From Candidatus Poseidonia alphae (lineage in GTDB: Archaea; Thermoplasmatota; Poseidoniia; Poseidoniales; Poseidoniaceae): a stretch of DNA of 64,000 nucleotides. The translations under genes were made by a program, and so were the position numbers. The stretch covers positions 39,534-103,533 of the forward strand of contig DAVD01000046.1 of assembly GCA_002505405.1 (NCBI GenBank), read 5' to 3'. The notes beneath the pieces were generated by a model that saw only the letters and a program-made list of their open reading frames with translations, had not been told where the DNA came from and searched no databases. Position 1 is the first letter of the stretch, and the number at the start of each line of letters is the position of its first letter. Below, one piece after another: positions 9,909 through 19,296 of this stretch.

Positions 9909-10291
9909 GGCACGTATGTACCGTCGCTGTCTTTGCTGTGCGGAGTGGGTTCGAAACTTCCATCAGCCTTCTTTTTGTAATGATAGCCATCGGTATGATG
10001 AACCCAACTGAATGAAGGCTCTTTGCTGGATTCGTCGGCTTGTGTTTGAACTGCTTCGCTTGATTGGTCTGTAACACCATCATAATTGACCGATTGGTCA
10101 GTGGCTGCCTCAACCGCAGAAGAACCATCACCAAACAATGCGAGTGCATCCTTGTATGCAGATGCATCAACCGTAGTGGAAGGTGCCCGAGCATTCGGGT
10201 CTTCTCCTTTTTTGTAAGTAATTGAAGGAGGCGGTGCTTCATCCAATTCGAGGACCTCTTGCTTTTTCTTGAAGGGCCATATCGGAGCCAT
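9899..10291 (-). CDS. Hypothetical small protein with a Pro-rich segment and a W/Y-rich C-terminal motif
   Basis: The ORF 9899..10423 would overlap the start of the next gene. The internal ATG at 10291 (MAPIWPFKKKQEV...) removes the overlap. There is no recognisable family. The C-terminus is FSWVHHTDGYHYKKKADGSFEPTP. Confidence 0.4.
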   Translation of the reverse strand: MAPIWPFKKKQEVLELDEAPPPSITYKKGEDPNARAPSTTVDASAYKDALALFGDGSSAVEAATDQSVNYDGVTDQSSEAVQTQADESSKEPSFSWVHHTDGYHYKKKADGSFEPTPHSKDSDGTYVPYS

Positions 10292-10366
10292 GGTGTTCCG
10301 AGCCTCATCCTGTTCAAGAAACCTGCGAACGAGCATTGAACAAAATAAGCAAGTCATTGAAAGGGA

Positions 10367-12862
10367 ATGTCCTTTCGGAGAACCATGCGATGGATGGGGT
10401 TGGCGCTTCTTGTCATGTTGCATACCCTAGCCCCTCTAGCTCATGCTGAACCCGAACCGAATGCAAGAGAAGGAGATATCGCAGGCATCACGGCGCCCAG
10501 TGAAGTGATTGTCCACCCGGGCGAAACCGTCAACGCTTACATTACGCTGCACAATCTTGTTACCGTCAATCAAGAGTTTACGATTTCTGTTGCATCCATG
10601 CCATCAATGCTGAATGCTGGAAACCTACCCCTCTCTGAAGTGCTTGTACCAAACCATTTGAGACAAATGGTCTTTGGAATATCAGCCGACATGAACGCAG
10701 TCTTTGCAACCCATCAAGTCGAATTTAGTGTGACAACTGATTATGACATGACCTATTCTGAATCCGTGTGGATGAACGTCACCATCGCCCCTTATTCCGA
10801 TCTTAATTTCGGCTCAGACAATACAACGAAACTTACGGTGGATGAACTGGTTCGAACAGGAGTGGCTGTCAACATCACCAACAATGCTTCGCTTCCAGAT
10901 AACGTCACGTTTGATCTGTACAGCCCCTCTGGTTGGAATTGGGGTTGGAGCATTGAATCAAATCCCGATGGAAATGCCTACCTTGACCTCAATCCAAACA
11001 GTCTTGCCTACGTCTATTTTTGGATTGACGTTCCCGCCGTTGTAAATGGAATGCCTCTAGCTGGTACTGGCCCGAGGTTTACCTTGACAGCGATATCGGG
11101 CCTGGACAAGGCCATGGTTTCGTGGTCTTTTGACCTGCATATGAATGAAAAACGTAACGTAAGTATCGATGAAGTGGAAGAATACATTGAACTCGCCCCG
11201 GGAGAAGATGGTCGTTTGCTCGTCTCTGTGCGAAACGTAGGAAACACTCCAAACCGATTGAACCTCACGCTCCAAGGGTTGGACGAACAAGGAGAACCAC
11301 TGCAAGGCTACCCTGCATCGGACCGATTCAACTACACCGGGTGGACAGTAGCCCTTTTCGGAGGACTCGAAGAATTGTTACTCCAACCCAATGAATCCCG
11401 AACGGTTGAAATTGGAATTCAGTCACCGAACATGTTCAGTGGCGAATTGAATGTTGAGTTGCAAGTTTTTGCAAACGGTGCTCAAGAACTCTCCAAGGCG
11501 ACAAGAGTCAAAGCAAGCATTAACCGAACGACCAGTGCAATCCTTTCATACACTCACGAGGGATGTTTAGCGCTGATCTCTGACATACCCTGCATGAACA
11601 GTTTAACCGTCAAAAACACAGGGAATTCATACAATTCGTTCAGCCTTCGCATCGATGATGTTTCGGATGAATTTACGGCGTCAATCGCCCAAGAGTCCAT
11701 CCTAACTCAAGCCGGTCAAACAAAGGCATTCTCAGATGTCTTCATCAACGTGACTAAAGGTACTTTGGCCTTCACTCAAGGTGAAGTAATAATCGAACTG
11801 CTCGGTGATGAACTCACAGTTCTGGACAGCGTTAGCATTCCTGTCAAAGCAGCACCGGTAGTAAATTGGTCCTTGGGTGGAATCGTTGAAGATATTAGTG
11901 CTAAAAATCGCTTATCAATCGCTTTTGATGTTCGCAACGACGGAAATGCAATCGACGGTTTTGTTGTTCAACTCCAATCCAGCCATTCAGCCCCCATGGG
12001 TTTGATCCCGCCCCAAGGAGCAGTCTATGAAGAGGATATTGAGTACCCACGGTCCTTCCAACTCAACGGTGTTCCGTTGGGCTCGAACCTAACCATTCGG
12101 GCATGGATTGACTTACCAACCGACCAAACAAGCAACGGAACGGTGTTCATCAACACCACCATCACTTCGATTTTTGCCTCCGAGGAACAAATGTTTTTGC
12201 ACACATCACAAGCTGATTATTTGGGCACACCATGGCAGGATTCAAAGGAAGTTGATGAAGGGCGTAATTGGAACCAGATTGCAGCCACCGCATGGGCGTA
12301 CACAAAGGCTTGGTCGGGTGTGATTTTCGCCATCATCTTTTCCGGCTTGATCATCTACAAAGCCCTGACAGACCGCCAACGTAGAATCCAAAACGATGCA
12401 ATTTTGCCTTACCAGAACGTTGAATCCGATGCATCGGATTGGATGAATAAATTCCAACCCGCAACGGTCCCCGCAAGTGAACCCACACTCATGAACGATG
12501 CCCCTCAAGTACCCAAAGAAGCTTTTGAAGCAGTGTTCCGACAACAAGCTGGAACTTCGCATCCTTCCGCACCACCTGTGGACGAAAGACTCAGGGTCGC
12601 CGCCACATTGGTTCTTGACGCAAGGACAACCCAGGCCAGTTTGGAAAAAGCAGATTCTCTACTCGGAGAGATTCAAACAAAAGGAACTGCTCAGCCCCAT
12701 CCACTCAACCAGAAATTAGAACCACAAAACCACTCGTCCACCCTCACCGTTCGCCAGGACCCGCACAATGTCATGCCTGCCCCGCCAAGCAGTCCAACAG
12801 AAATGGCTCATGTCCCGCTACCAGACCTGAACCAAGAGGCTGACGACGACCTGGACTTTTAG
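10367..12862 (+). CDS. Type I membrane surface (glyco)protein with repeated CARDB/NEW3-like beta-sandwich modules
   Basis: A signal peptide is present (MRWMGLALLVMLHTLAPLAHA/EPEP). Module signatures repeat (HPGETVNAYITLHN, LLVSVRNVGNTPNRL, LTVKNTGNSYN, FDVRNDGNAIDG) and there are many N-x-S/T sequons. A TM helix (WSGVIFAIIFSGLIIY) is followed by a tail of about 170 aa ending in an acidic stretch (EADDDLDF). Confidence 0.7.
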   Translation: MSFRRTMRWMGLALLVMLHTLAPLAHAEPEPNAREGDIAGITAPSEVIVHPGETVNAYITLHNLVTVNQEFTISVASMPSMLNAGNLPLSEVLVPNHLRQMVFGISADMNAVFATHQVEFSVTTDYDMTYSESVWMNVTIAPYSDLNFGSDNTTKLTVDELVRTGVAVNITNNASLPDNVTFDLYSPSGWNWGWSIESNPDGNAYLDLNPNSLAYVYFWIDVPAVVNGMPLAGTGPRFTLTAISGLDKAMVSWSFDLHMNEKRNVSIDEVEEYIELAPGEDGRLLVSVRNVGNTPNRLNLTLQGLDEQGEPLQGYPASDRFNYTGWTVALFGGLEELLLQPNESRTVEIGIQSPNMFSGELNVELQVFANGAQELSKATRVKASINRTTSAILSYTHEGCLALISDIPCMNSLTVKNTGNSYNSFSLRIDDVSDEFTASIAQESILTQAGQTKAFSDVFINVTKGTLAFTQGEVIIELLGDELTVLDSVSIPVKAAPVVNWSLGGIVEDISAKNRLSIAFDVRNDGNAIDGFVVQLQSSHSAPMGLIPPQGAVYEEDIEYPRSFQLNGVPLGSNLTIRAWIDLPTDQTSNGTVFINTTITSIFASEEQMFLHTSQADYLGTPWQDSKEVDEGRNWNQIAATAWAYTKAWSGVIFAIIFSGLIIYKALTDRQRRIQNDAILPYQNVESDASDWMNKFQPATVPASEPTLMNDAPQVPKEAFEAVFRQQAGTSHPSAPPVDERLRVAATLVLDARTTQASLEKADSLLGEIQTKGTAQPHPLNQKLEPQNHSSTLTVRQDPHNVMPAPPSSPTEMAHVPLPDLNQEADDDLDF

Positions 12863-12872
12863 GTGGAACACC

Positions 12873-13613
12873 ATGTGGGAAATTGGAGTTGATGAAGCCG
12901 GCAGAGGGCCAGTTCTTGGCCCCCTCGTTGTCGCAGCATGTGCAATTCCAACAAAGGACATACCGCTTCTAAAGGCCATAGGTGTCAAGGATTCGAAGTA
13001 TCTCAGTTCCAAACGTCGAAAAGAGATTGAAACATGGTTCAATGAACAAGCAGAAGAACGGGGATGGAAGAAATCGCTCATCAACTGCACTCCAAGACGA
13101 ATCGATACGGCTCTTATGGCGGACGGGCTCAATTGGTTAGAAGTACGAGCATTTGGGGAAGCATTGACCGGATTACAAATACGAGAGTCAGTGAACATCA
13201 CCAACGACGCTTGTGATGTCAATGAACAACGCTTCACTCAACGCATATCCGATCAACTTCTAACTTGGCCCTGGAAGGATTCCCAAATGCAAAGTTTCCA
13301 CAAAGCAGACGAGCGTTTTCCGATAGTGAGCATGGCGAGTATACTGGCGAAGGAAGAACGAGATCGGTGCATTGCAGAACTCGCTGCAATGATTGGTCAA
13401 TCGGTGGGCTCTGGCTACCCCAGTGACCCGAACACAAAGAATGCACTTCACCTCTTGATTTCCAATGAAGGAATTCATGAGGATGTCCGTTGGGGGTGGG
13501 CTACTGCGACCCGCTACTGGAACAACAATTGCATAGGCGACGTTCCCGTTCGAGGGGCACCTCGGACCGTTCAACACTCCCTGTTTGACGAAGATGATGC
13601 AAGCATTTCATGA
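12873..13613 (+). CDS. rnhB: Ribonuclease HII
   Basis: MWEIGVDEAGRGPVLGPLVVAAC (the DEAGRG catalytic motif), KDSK and SILAK motifs. AGGTGGA lies upstream of the ATG. Confidence 0.92.
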   Translation: MWEIGVDEAGRGPVLGPLVVAACAIPTKDIPLLKAIGVKDSKYLSSKRRKEIETWFNEQAEERGWKKSLINCTPRRIDTALMADGLNWLEVRAFGEALTGLQIRESVNITNDACDVNEQRFTQRISDQLLTWPWKDSQMQSFHKADERFPIVSMASILAKEERDRCIAELAAMIGQSVGSGYPSDPNTKNALHLLISNEGIHEDVRWGWATATRYWNNNCIGDVPVRGAPRTVQHSLFDEDDASIS

Positions 13614-15376
13614 AGGGATGCGACCAGGGCGGCTTGAGCGCCATGGACTGGACACCTGATGAAGACACACTGGACTTAATCCGTCATGTAGCCATCCAAA
13701 ACGCCATCGAATACGAAGGAAAAGGAGCCATTGGTTCTGTCATTGGCCGAATCATGGGCATGCGTGCCGACCTCCGCCAACATGGAAAAATCGTCACGGG
13801 TTTGGTAGCTCAAGAAGTCAACAAGGCAAATGCATCAGCCGCAACTGACGGTCTCGAATCGCTCCGAGAGATTCTTACAAGTGAGGCACCTCACCTCTTG
13901 GAAAAAAGGGAAGTGAAGGAACGCAGGACAGGGCTTCCCGAACTCAAAGACGCCGAGAAAGGCAATGTTGTTCTCCGCTTTGCCCCAAACCCCAACGGCC
14001 CTCTTTCATTTGGCCACGCACGAGGTCTTGTCATCAACAGCATCTATCGTGAAATGTACGATGGCGTCTTTATCCTTCGCTTTGATGATACCGATACCAA
14101 GGTCAAGCCCCCAATGCTTGAAGCATACGAGCGCATTCAAGAAGAAACTGCATGGCTTACTGGGCGTAAACCAGACCGCGTCGTCATTGCATCTGACAGA
14201 ATGGATGCGTACTATGAGCATGCAACCATGATGCTCGAGAAAGGGTATGGGTATGTTTGCCAGTGTTCTGCTGAGGCATTTAAGGAACATCGAGTTGGAA
14301 AGACTGAATGCCCCTGCCGTAACCAAACGACGCATCAAAATATTGAACTCTGGCAGCAAATGCTCAATCGTGAATTCAACCCAGGCGACGCAGTCGTTCG
14401 GGTAAAAACGGATATGACGCTGAAAAACCCTGCACTCCGAGATTGGCCTGCACTGCGCTTACAAGATACTCAAGCTCACCCACATCCACGGAAAGAAGTG
14501 GGCTCAAAGTATGTCGTATGGCCATTGCTCGATTTCCAAAGTGCCGTTGAAGACCATCTTCAAGGCGTCACTCACATCGTCAGAGGAAAAGATCTCATGG
14601 ATTCAACCCGAAAGCAAACGCTTCTCTACGAATACTTCGGTTGGAAGTATCCAGAAACCATGTACTGGGGTCGAGTAAAGGTCCATGAATGGGGTGGATT
14701 TTCCACATCGAAAATGAGATTGGATATTGAAGAAGGCAGATATCCCGGGTGGGGTGATCCACGCCTGCCTACGCTTGAAGGGTTGAAGGGACGGGGAATC
14801 TCCAATGCAGCGTTGAGGGCGTTTTGGCTCGAACTTGGAATCACACAAAAAGACATATCCGTCCCCCTCTCAACCCTCTATGCACACAACACGAAAGTAG
14901 TGGATGCGAAGGCACCGAGGCTCTCCTTCATTCGCGATGCAGTTTTGTGTTCACTCGAAGGGGCCGAGGTACCGGAGTCGGTATCCCACCCCGTCAATCC
15001 AAACGATGAATCAATGGGCTTACGCACCTGGGACATGACGGATGGAGCCGTTTACATTGAACAGGAAGATTGCGAAAAAGGGTCCCTCAGGTTGAAGGAA
15101 TTCGCAGATGTTGACCTCCACGGCTCCAAAGCCATCATTACTTCCTTTGAACGAAGTGATAAACGTCCGATCGTTCATTGGATTACAGAAGGAAACAGTA
15201 CAGAAGGCACGCTCGTATCGACTTCTAACAATGAAATTCACGTGCAAAAAGGGCGAATTGAGAAGCACAGCCTCAAAACAGGGACCATCGTTCAACTCGA
15301 ACGAATTGGATATGCCCGTATTCAAGAGGACGGTTCGTTCATCTTGTGCCATGAAGCATCTGCTGAAGAGAAGTGA
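13610..15376 (+). CDS. gltX: Glutamate--tRNA ligase (archaeal/eukaryotic-type GluRS)
   Basis: VVLRFAPNPNGPLSFGHARG (HIGH-type motif), VTHIVRGKDL and FSTSKMR (KMSKS-type motif). The start ATG overlaps the rnhB stop (ATGA at 13610-13613). An alternative ATG lies at 13643. Confidence 0.9.
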   Translation: MKGCDQGGLSAMDWTPDEDTLDLIRHVAIQNAIEYEGKGAIGSVIGRIMGMRADLRQHGKIVTGLVAQEVNKANASAATDGLESLREILTSEAPHLLEKREVKERRTGLPELKDAEKGNVVLRFAPNPNGPLSFGHARGLVINSIYREMYDGVFILRFDDTDTKVKPPMLEAYERIQEETAWLTGRKPDRVVIASDRMDAYYEHATMMLEKGYGYVCQCSAEAFKEHRVGKTECPCRNQTTHQNIELWQQMLNREFNPGDAVVRVKTDMTLKNPALRDWPALRLQDTQAHPHPRKEVGSKYVVWPLLDFQSAVEDHLQGVTHIVRGKDLMDSTRKQTLLYEYFGWKYPETMYWGRVKVHEWGGFSTSKMRLDIEEGRYPGWGDPRLPTLEGLKGRGISNAALRAFWLELGITQKDISVPLSTLYAHNTKVVDAKAPRLSFIRDAVLCSLEGAEVPESVSHPVNPNDESMGLRTWDMTDGAVYIEQEDCEKGSLRLKEFADVDLHGSKAIITSFERSDKRPIVHWITEGNSTEGTLVSTSNNEIHVQKGRIEKHSLKTGTIVQLERIGYARIQEDGSFILCHEASAEEK

Positions 15377-15414
15377 AAGCAAGTTAGATAGAAGACTTCC
15401 ACCGTGGGACACAC

Positions 15415-15825
15415 ATGGGCAAGACAGTTTCCAGTTTGCAACTTGAGGATGAACACACTACAATCGGGGGTCAAGACACCCTTCAAGAGGGTGCAAAACG
15501 GCTCCTCAGCATTTCAGGGGGAATCTTGATCGTCCTTGACGATGATAACCGTGTCCAGGGTGTGATCGGTCAACGCCAAATGATCAAAGCTCTAAGTGAG
15601 GGGGTCGATGCATCCACGGCGTCCTGCCATGCCCACATGGAAATGGACTTCATGCTCGTCCACCTCGATGACCAACTCAAATCCGTTCTTGAGAACATTA
15701 AACTTCGCAGTCCACAAGCCGTCGTCGCTGTTGACGAGAATGAGGAATTTGTGGGATACTTTTCACCCAGTGATTATCAAGACGCAGTTAATTTGGTTTC
15801 AAACCTACAAGACCTCAAGCTCTAA
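15415..15825 (+). CDS. CBS-domain pair protein
   Basis: There are two CBS-like units: ILIVLDDDNRVQGVIGQRQMIKAL and AVVAVDENEEFVGYFSPSDY. The protein is small (136 aa). Confidence 0.8.
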   Translation: MGKTVSSLQLEDEHTTIGGQDTLQEGAKRLLSISGGILIVLDDDNRVQGVIGQRQMIKALSEGVDASTASCHAHMEMDFMLVHLDDQLKSVLENIKLRSPQAVVAVDENEEFVGYFSPSDYQDAVNLVSNLQDLKL

Positions 15826-17859
15826 TCAAGCTTCAAGTCGGATCACTCGCTCGCAACCAGCACAGGCAAATCGATGCGGACGTTCAGTTGAGGTGACCGG
15901 GTTTGACACCTGACAAGCAGGACACGGAATGACTGGATAGGAGTTCTGAGGCTTGCGTGCATTACGAGGACTCAAGCGAGGACTCGCAATAGCCGTAACC
16001 CACCAAATCAAGGAACTTGCAATCACTGCCCCACCGACAAAAATTGCCGGGTAGCCAAGAACGAGAACGAGTCCAACGACGGGGACAAGAACGAGTTCAG
16101 AGTACATGACCGTTCTTTTTCGCTGGCGAGTGATTCGCATCCCCATCATGAACGCCCCAAGTAAACCAAACACAGAAAGAAGTGTTAGAGGCATCGGCGT
16201 GAACGACACTGCTGAAGTGGGCACTGAGTTCAATCGGAATGCTTCTTCTTGGGAAATTCCTTCGCCCTCTAAGGTGATTTCATCGCCCCATGGCATTCGG
16301 AGAACGGAGAGTTGAAACTCCGTTGATTCTCTCAATACATTGTTGCTAAGAGAGGTGAAAGAAGATGTTTTTGCGGTAAGCGATAATGAAAAGGAACTCC
16401 AAAGGGGGGCCGGCTGAACTACGATGAACCGATTGATTAAATCCACTTGAGTCCCCTCTGCAACGACTTCGATTGTAGAAAAGCGAAGGGTGACGGGATG
16501 ATTGACTACTGCATTCTCACCGTTGAGGTCCAAGTCCACTTTCAATGAAGAGAATTCCCGGAATGTTCCAAGCAAATCTTCCGCTTGAATCCCAAGTCCA
16601 CCCGCGAGGTACATGGGCCCAAGGCTAACCATTTGTCGCTCAAACTCTCCAATTTCAGTCTCCTCAATTAACCGGCTCACACGGTCCTCTTCGGAAACTG
16701 CACCTTCTGAAAAGGCACGGAGGGTTGAGGACAGCGCAGGGTTCTCGTCCCCGATGTGGTCCATGCCCCATCGCATCCAAAAGGCCATTTCATCACCAAT
16801 CGTCAGCGTAGTGACTTTCCTGAGGAGCAATGTATCACCATCCTTTGAGAGTTCCATTTGGATGTCCACGACAAGGGAACTCCCATCGCCGTTGGTGCGT
16901 AGGGGTTCATCTGGAGGATAATACGTCCCGGTTCCAGAATCGGTGTCAAAGGTTTCGATCTCAAACGTCGTCGAACCATTGAGTGCGGGCTGTTCAGGTT
17001 GGAATTTCAACGAAACTTCGACATTAATGGATTCGATCCCTCCAATCGCTTTGCTCCATGTCCATGTGACCCGAACAGTGTCACCAGATGCTGTTTCAAT
17101 GGGGTCACCGGTGACTTCCGCCCCGTTGACATTGAGGGATATCGATTCTGCAAGAGCCAGTGTAGAAAGACCCCAGGGGGAATCCAATTTTACGGCTAAG
17201 TAAACGTCCGACCCTTCAACTTCTGGTTCAGGCATCATGATATCGAGCAGAGGCAGTGTTCCCTCAATTGAAGACGGGTCTTCTTCTCCACCCCATAGGA
17301 ATTTGATTTCGGCATCGGTTCCTTCAGGGAATGAAAAGATAAGCGTCTGTGCTTTGAGTTCGAGGACGATGGTTGAAGATTCAGCTAGCGTAAACGATTC
17401 GTCTACGTCAATTGAGAAATCAAGAGAACCTTTCCCCTGATTGAGGAAGGCTCCGTTTGGTTCCGTTTGGGCACTGTAACTCTTGGAACCAATTGCGATG
17501 GAGGCTGTAGCGTTAATTGTTGCACCTGCTGCTCCCGAGACTTCATACTCCATCGAGAAAGACCAAGTTGAACTGGGCACTTCGCCTCCCCACGAATTGG
17601 AAAGCGTCCATTTACCGATGGTTTCTTGAGATTGGATCGAGTTTCTCATTGATACCGTTTGGGATTCAGTGCTTAATTCAGCAAAAAACGGTGTTAATTG
17701 CTTGTTGCTGTCGCTCCCAAGAAGATACAATTCAACGGTAGAGGCCTCGCAGCAAACGATGACATCGTCTTCTTCGTCAGCAGCCTGCACCGTTGGTGAA
17801 ACAAATGGCAGAACCATTGTTGCAACAAGGATGAAGATGATGAATGATGCTGTACGCAT
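15826..17859 (-). CDS. Secreted or membrane protein with a large ectodomain, three C-terminal TM helices and a cytoplasmic zinc ribbon
   Basis: The ORF is 15826..17892 (GTG start). The ATG at 17859 gives a clean signal peptide, MRTASFIIFILVATMVLPFVSPTVQA/ADEEDD. C-terminal TM segments are present (LTLLSVFGLLGAFMMG, LVLVPVVGLVLVLGYPAIFVGGAVIASSLIWWV), followed by CPACQ...CAGCE. Confidence 0.65.
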   Translation of the reverse strand: MRTASFIIFILVATMVLPFVSPTVQAADEEDDVIVCCEASTVELYLLGSDSNKQLTPFFAELSTESQTVSMRNSIQSQETIGKWTLSNSWGGEVPSSTWSFSMEYEVSGAAGATINATASIAIGSKSYSAQTEPNGAFLNQGKGSLDFSIDVDESFTLAESSTIVLELKAQTLIFSFPEGTDAEIKFLWGGEEDPSSIEGTLPLLDIMMPEPEVEGSDVYLAVKLDSPWGLSTLALAESISLNVNGAEVTGDPIETASGDTVRVTWTWSKAIGGIESINVEVSLKFQPEQPALNGSTTFEIETFDTDSGTGTYYPPDEPLRTNGDGSSLVVDIQMELSKDGDTLLLRKVTTLTIGDEMAFWMRWGMDHIGDENPALSSTLRAFSEGAVSEEDRVSRLIEETEIGEFERQMVSLGPMYLAGGLGIQAEDLLGTFREFSSLKVDLDLNGENAVVNHPVTLRFSTIEVVAEGTQVDLINRFIVVQPAPLWSSFSLSLTAKTSSFTSLSNNVLRESTEFQLSVLRMPWGDEITLEGEGISQEEAFRLNSVPTSAVSFTPMPLTLLSVFGLLGAFMMGMRITRQRKRTVMYSELVLVPVVGLVLVLGYPAIFVGGAVIASSLIWWVTAIASPRLSPRNARKPQNSYPVIPCPACQVSNPVTSTERPHRFACAGCERVIRLEA

Positions 17860-17925
17860 ATGACCGACATGACGCCGAAAGTTCTCCGGCACATAACTTG
17901 AACTCTTATTTGGGCCGAAATATGC

Positions 17926-18318
17926 TTAAAGCGCCTTCTCAAGTAGGGCGCCGAGTTCTTTTTCAAACAAGGTGACCAAGGCTTCTCCAACTTCGCCCTG
18001 CAGTTCATCGGGTAGCAACCGTAGCCCAAGGCGGGTTGCAGCACGAGTTGCTTTGAGTTCGGCGTAAATGCTCCGAGCTTTTGAATGGAAATAATAGGCA
18101 ACGGCTTCTTTTATTTCTGCTTTCAAATCGGGGTCTTCGTCAACCTTTGCACGGATGTGGGTCTTGAGTTCATCCTTCACCAGATCACGAAAGGCTTCGA
18201 TAACAAGGTCTTCCGTAGACATCAGTTCTTGTATCTGATTTTGGATACTTCCAGTCAACAATCGTTCAATGGCCATGGTAAGGGCATGGGGGGATGATGT
18301 TTCAACCCGTCGCTTCAA
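17926..18318 (-). CDS. Hypothetical small helical protein, last gene of the rps15 cluster
   Basis: 130-aa ORF with no recognisable motifs and a helical, charged composition. An alternative ATG at 18276 (MAIERLL) would remove the 17-nt overlap with the upstream gene. Confidence 0.5.
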   Translation of the reverse strand: MKRRVETSSPHALTMAIERLLTGSIQNQIQELMSTEDLVIEAFRDLVKDELKTHIRAKVDEDPDLKAEIKEAVAYYFHSKARSIYAELKATRAATRLGLRLLPDELQGEVGEALVTLFEKELGALLEKAL

Positions 18319-19225
18319 GTTCCAGATCCAAATGGCCCGTTTGAAGCCACTTGTCGATCAGTTTTGATGCGTGTAAGCGTTCTTCGTCGAGCCCCTCTGG
18401 CCATGTGTGCTGCGCTGCAAAGATTTGACTCGCCAAATCGACTTCAACATCACCAACCAGCATTCTATGCCACAACAATTCCTCAAGGCGAGGTGTTGAA
18501 AGGGTCATGTCAGCCAAGCAAGGGAGTGCAAGTTCGCTTAGGGCTTGAGTTCTCTGTTCCACATCCATTCCAGACCACGCACCTTGCAATTTTTTGAGGC
18601 GACGTTCGGCGAGCCCGGGGATCATGTTAGGTTGTGGGGTTTTTACTTCGGGAAGAGCCACCATGCGAACGCTTCCTTCCTCTTTGAGGTGCATATTGAC
18701 TGCGGTGTAAATGGGATCGATGGTGGTATCAAGCGAACCTCGCAACCAAAGTCCGAGGGATGAAAAGGGTCGTATTTGGCGTACTCGTCTACCGTTTGGA
18801 GCCAAGCATGAGGCGAGGGCTGATGCTTGAATGACACAATCCAAGGCTCCATGATGAATTCTGTTTTGGGCGCCAAGTTGTACTTGGGCTGCTAACGGCA
18901 CAATACGGACCAAATCTTCCTCGTTCAAGTCCTCTAATTGCCATGTGTCTTCCTCAGGGAGAATAACAATGCCCAAACCCGTTGTGGGAGTTTCTATGGA
19001 AAGCAGTTCATCGCGTGGGCGATGATGTCCAGCAGGATAGAATCTGCGGCGATATTTGAATCCTGCATCAAGACAGGCGGCTTCCAATTGGCCGAGTGCT
19101 AAGATTCCAATGAGCGTTGATGGGGCATGAAGGTGAATCATCTTAGCGCTTTGAATGCGAGCAACCTGCTTCATGAGACGATCTTTCGATTCAACGAAAA
19201 ATGACGTTTCTAAGAGGCTTCGCAT
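18302..19225 (-). CDS. Hypothetical protein, possibly a degenerate DHH/RecJ-Cdc45-like protein
   Basis: 307-aa ORF immediately downstream of rps15 on the same strand. The N-terminal segment MIHLHAPSTLIGILALGQLEAACLDAGF has the spacing of DHH motif I/II regions but lacks the acidic residues. There is no DHH or GGGH motif. Confidence 0.55.
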   Translation of the reverse strand: MRSLLETSFFVESKDRLMKQVARIQSAKMIHLHAPSTLIGILALGQLEAACLDAGFKYRRRFYPAGHHRPRDELLSIETPTTGLGIVILPEEDTWQLEDLNEEDLVRIVPLAAQVQLGAQNRIHHGALDCVIQASALASCLAPNGRRVRQIRPFSSLGLWLRGSLDTTIDPIYTAVNMHLKEEGSVRMVALPEVKTPQPNMIPGLAERRLKKLQGAWSGMDVEQRTQALSELALPCLADMTLSTPRLEELLWHRMLVGDVEVDLASQIFAAQHTWPEGLDEERLHASKLIDKWLQTGHLDLELEATG

Positions 19226-19296
19226 GGTGGTCCCGTAACTCTTAGGTTGCTACCCCTCATCAAGTTGACCTTGAAGGAGTTGATTCCAATTCTGCT

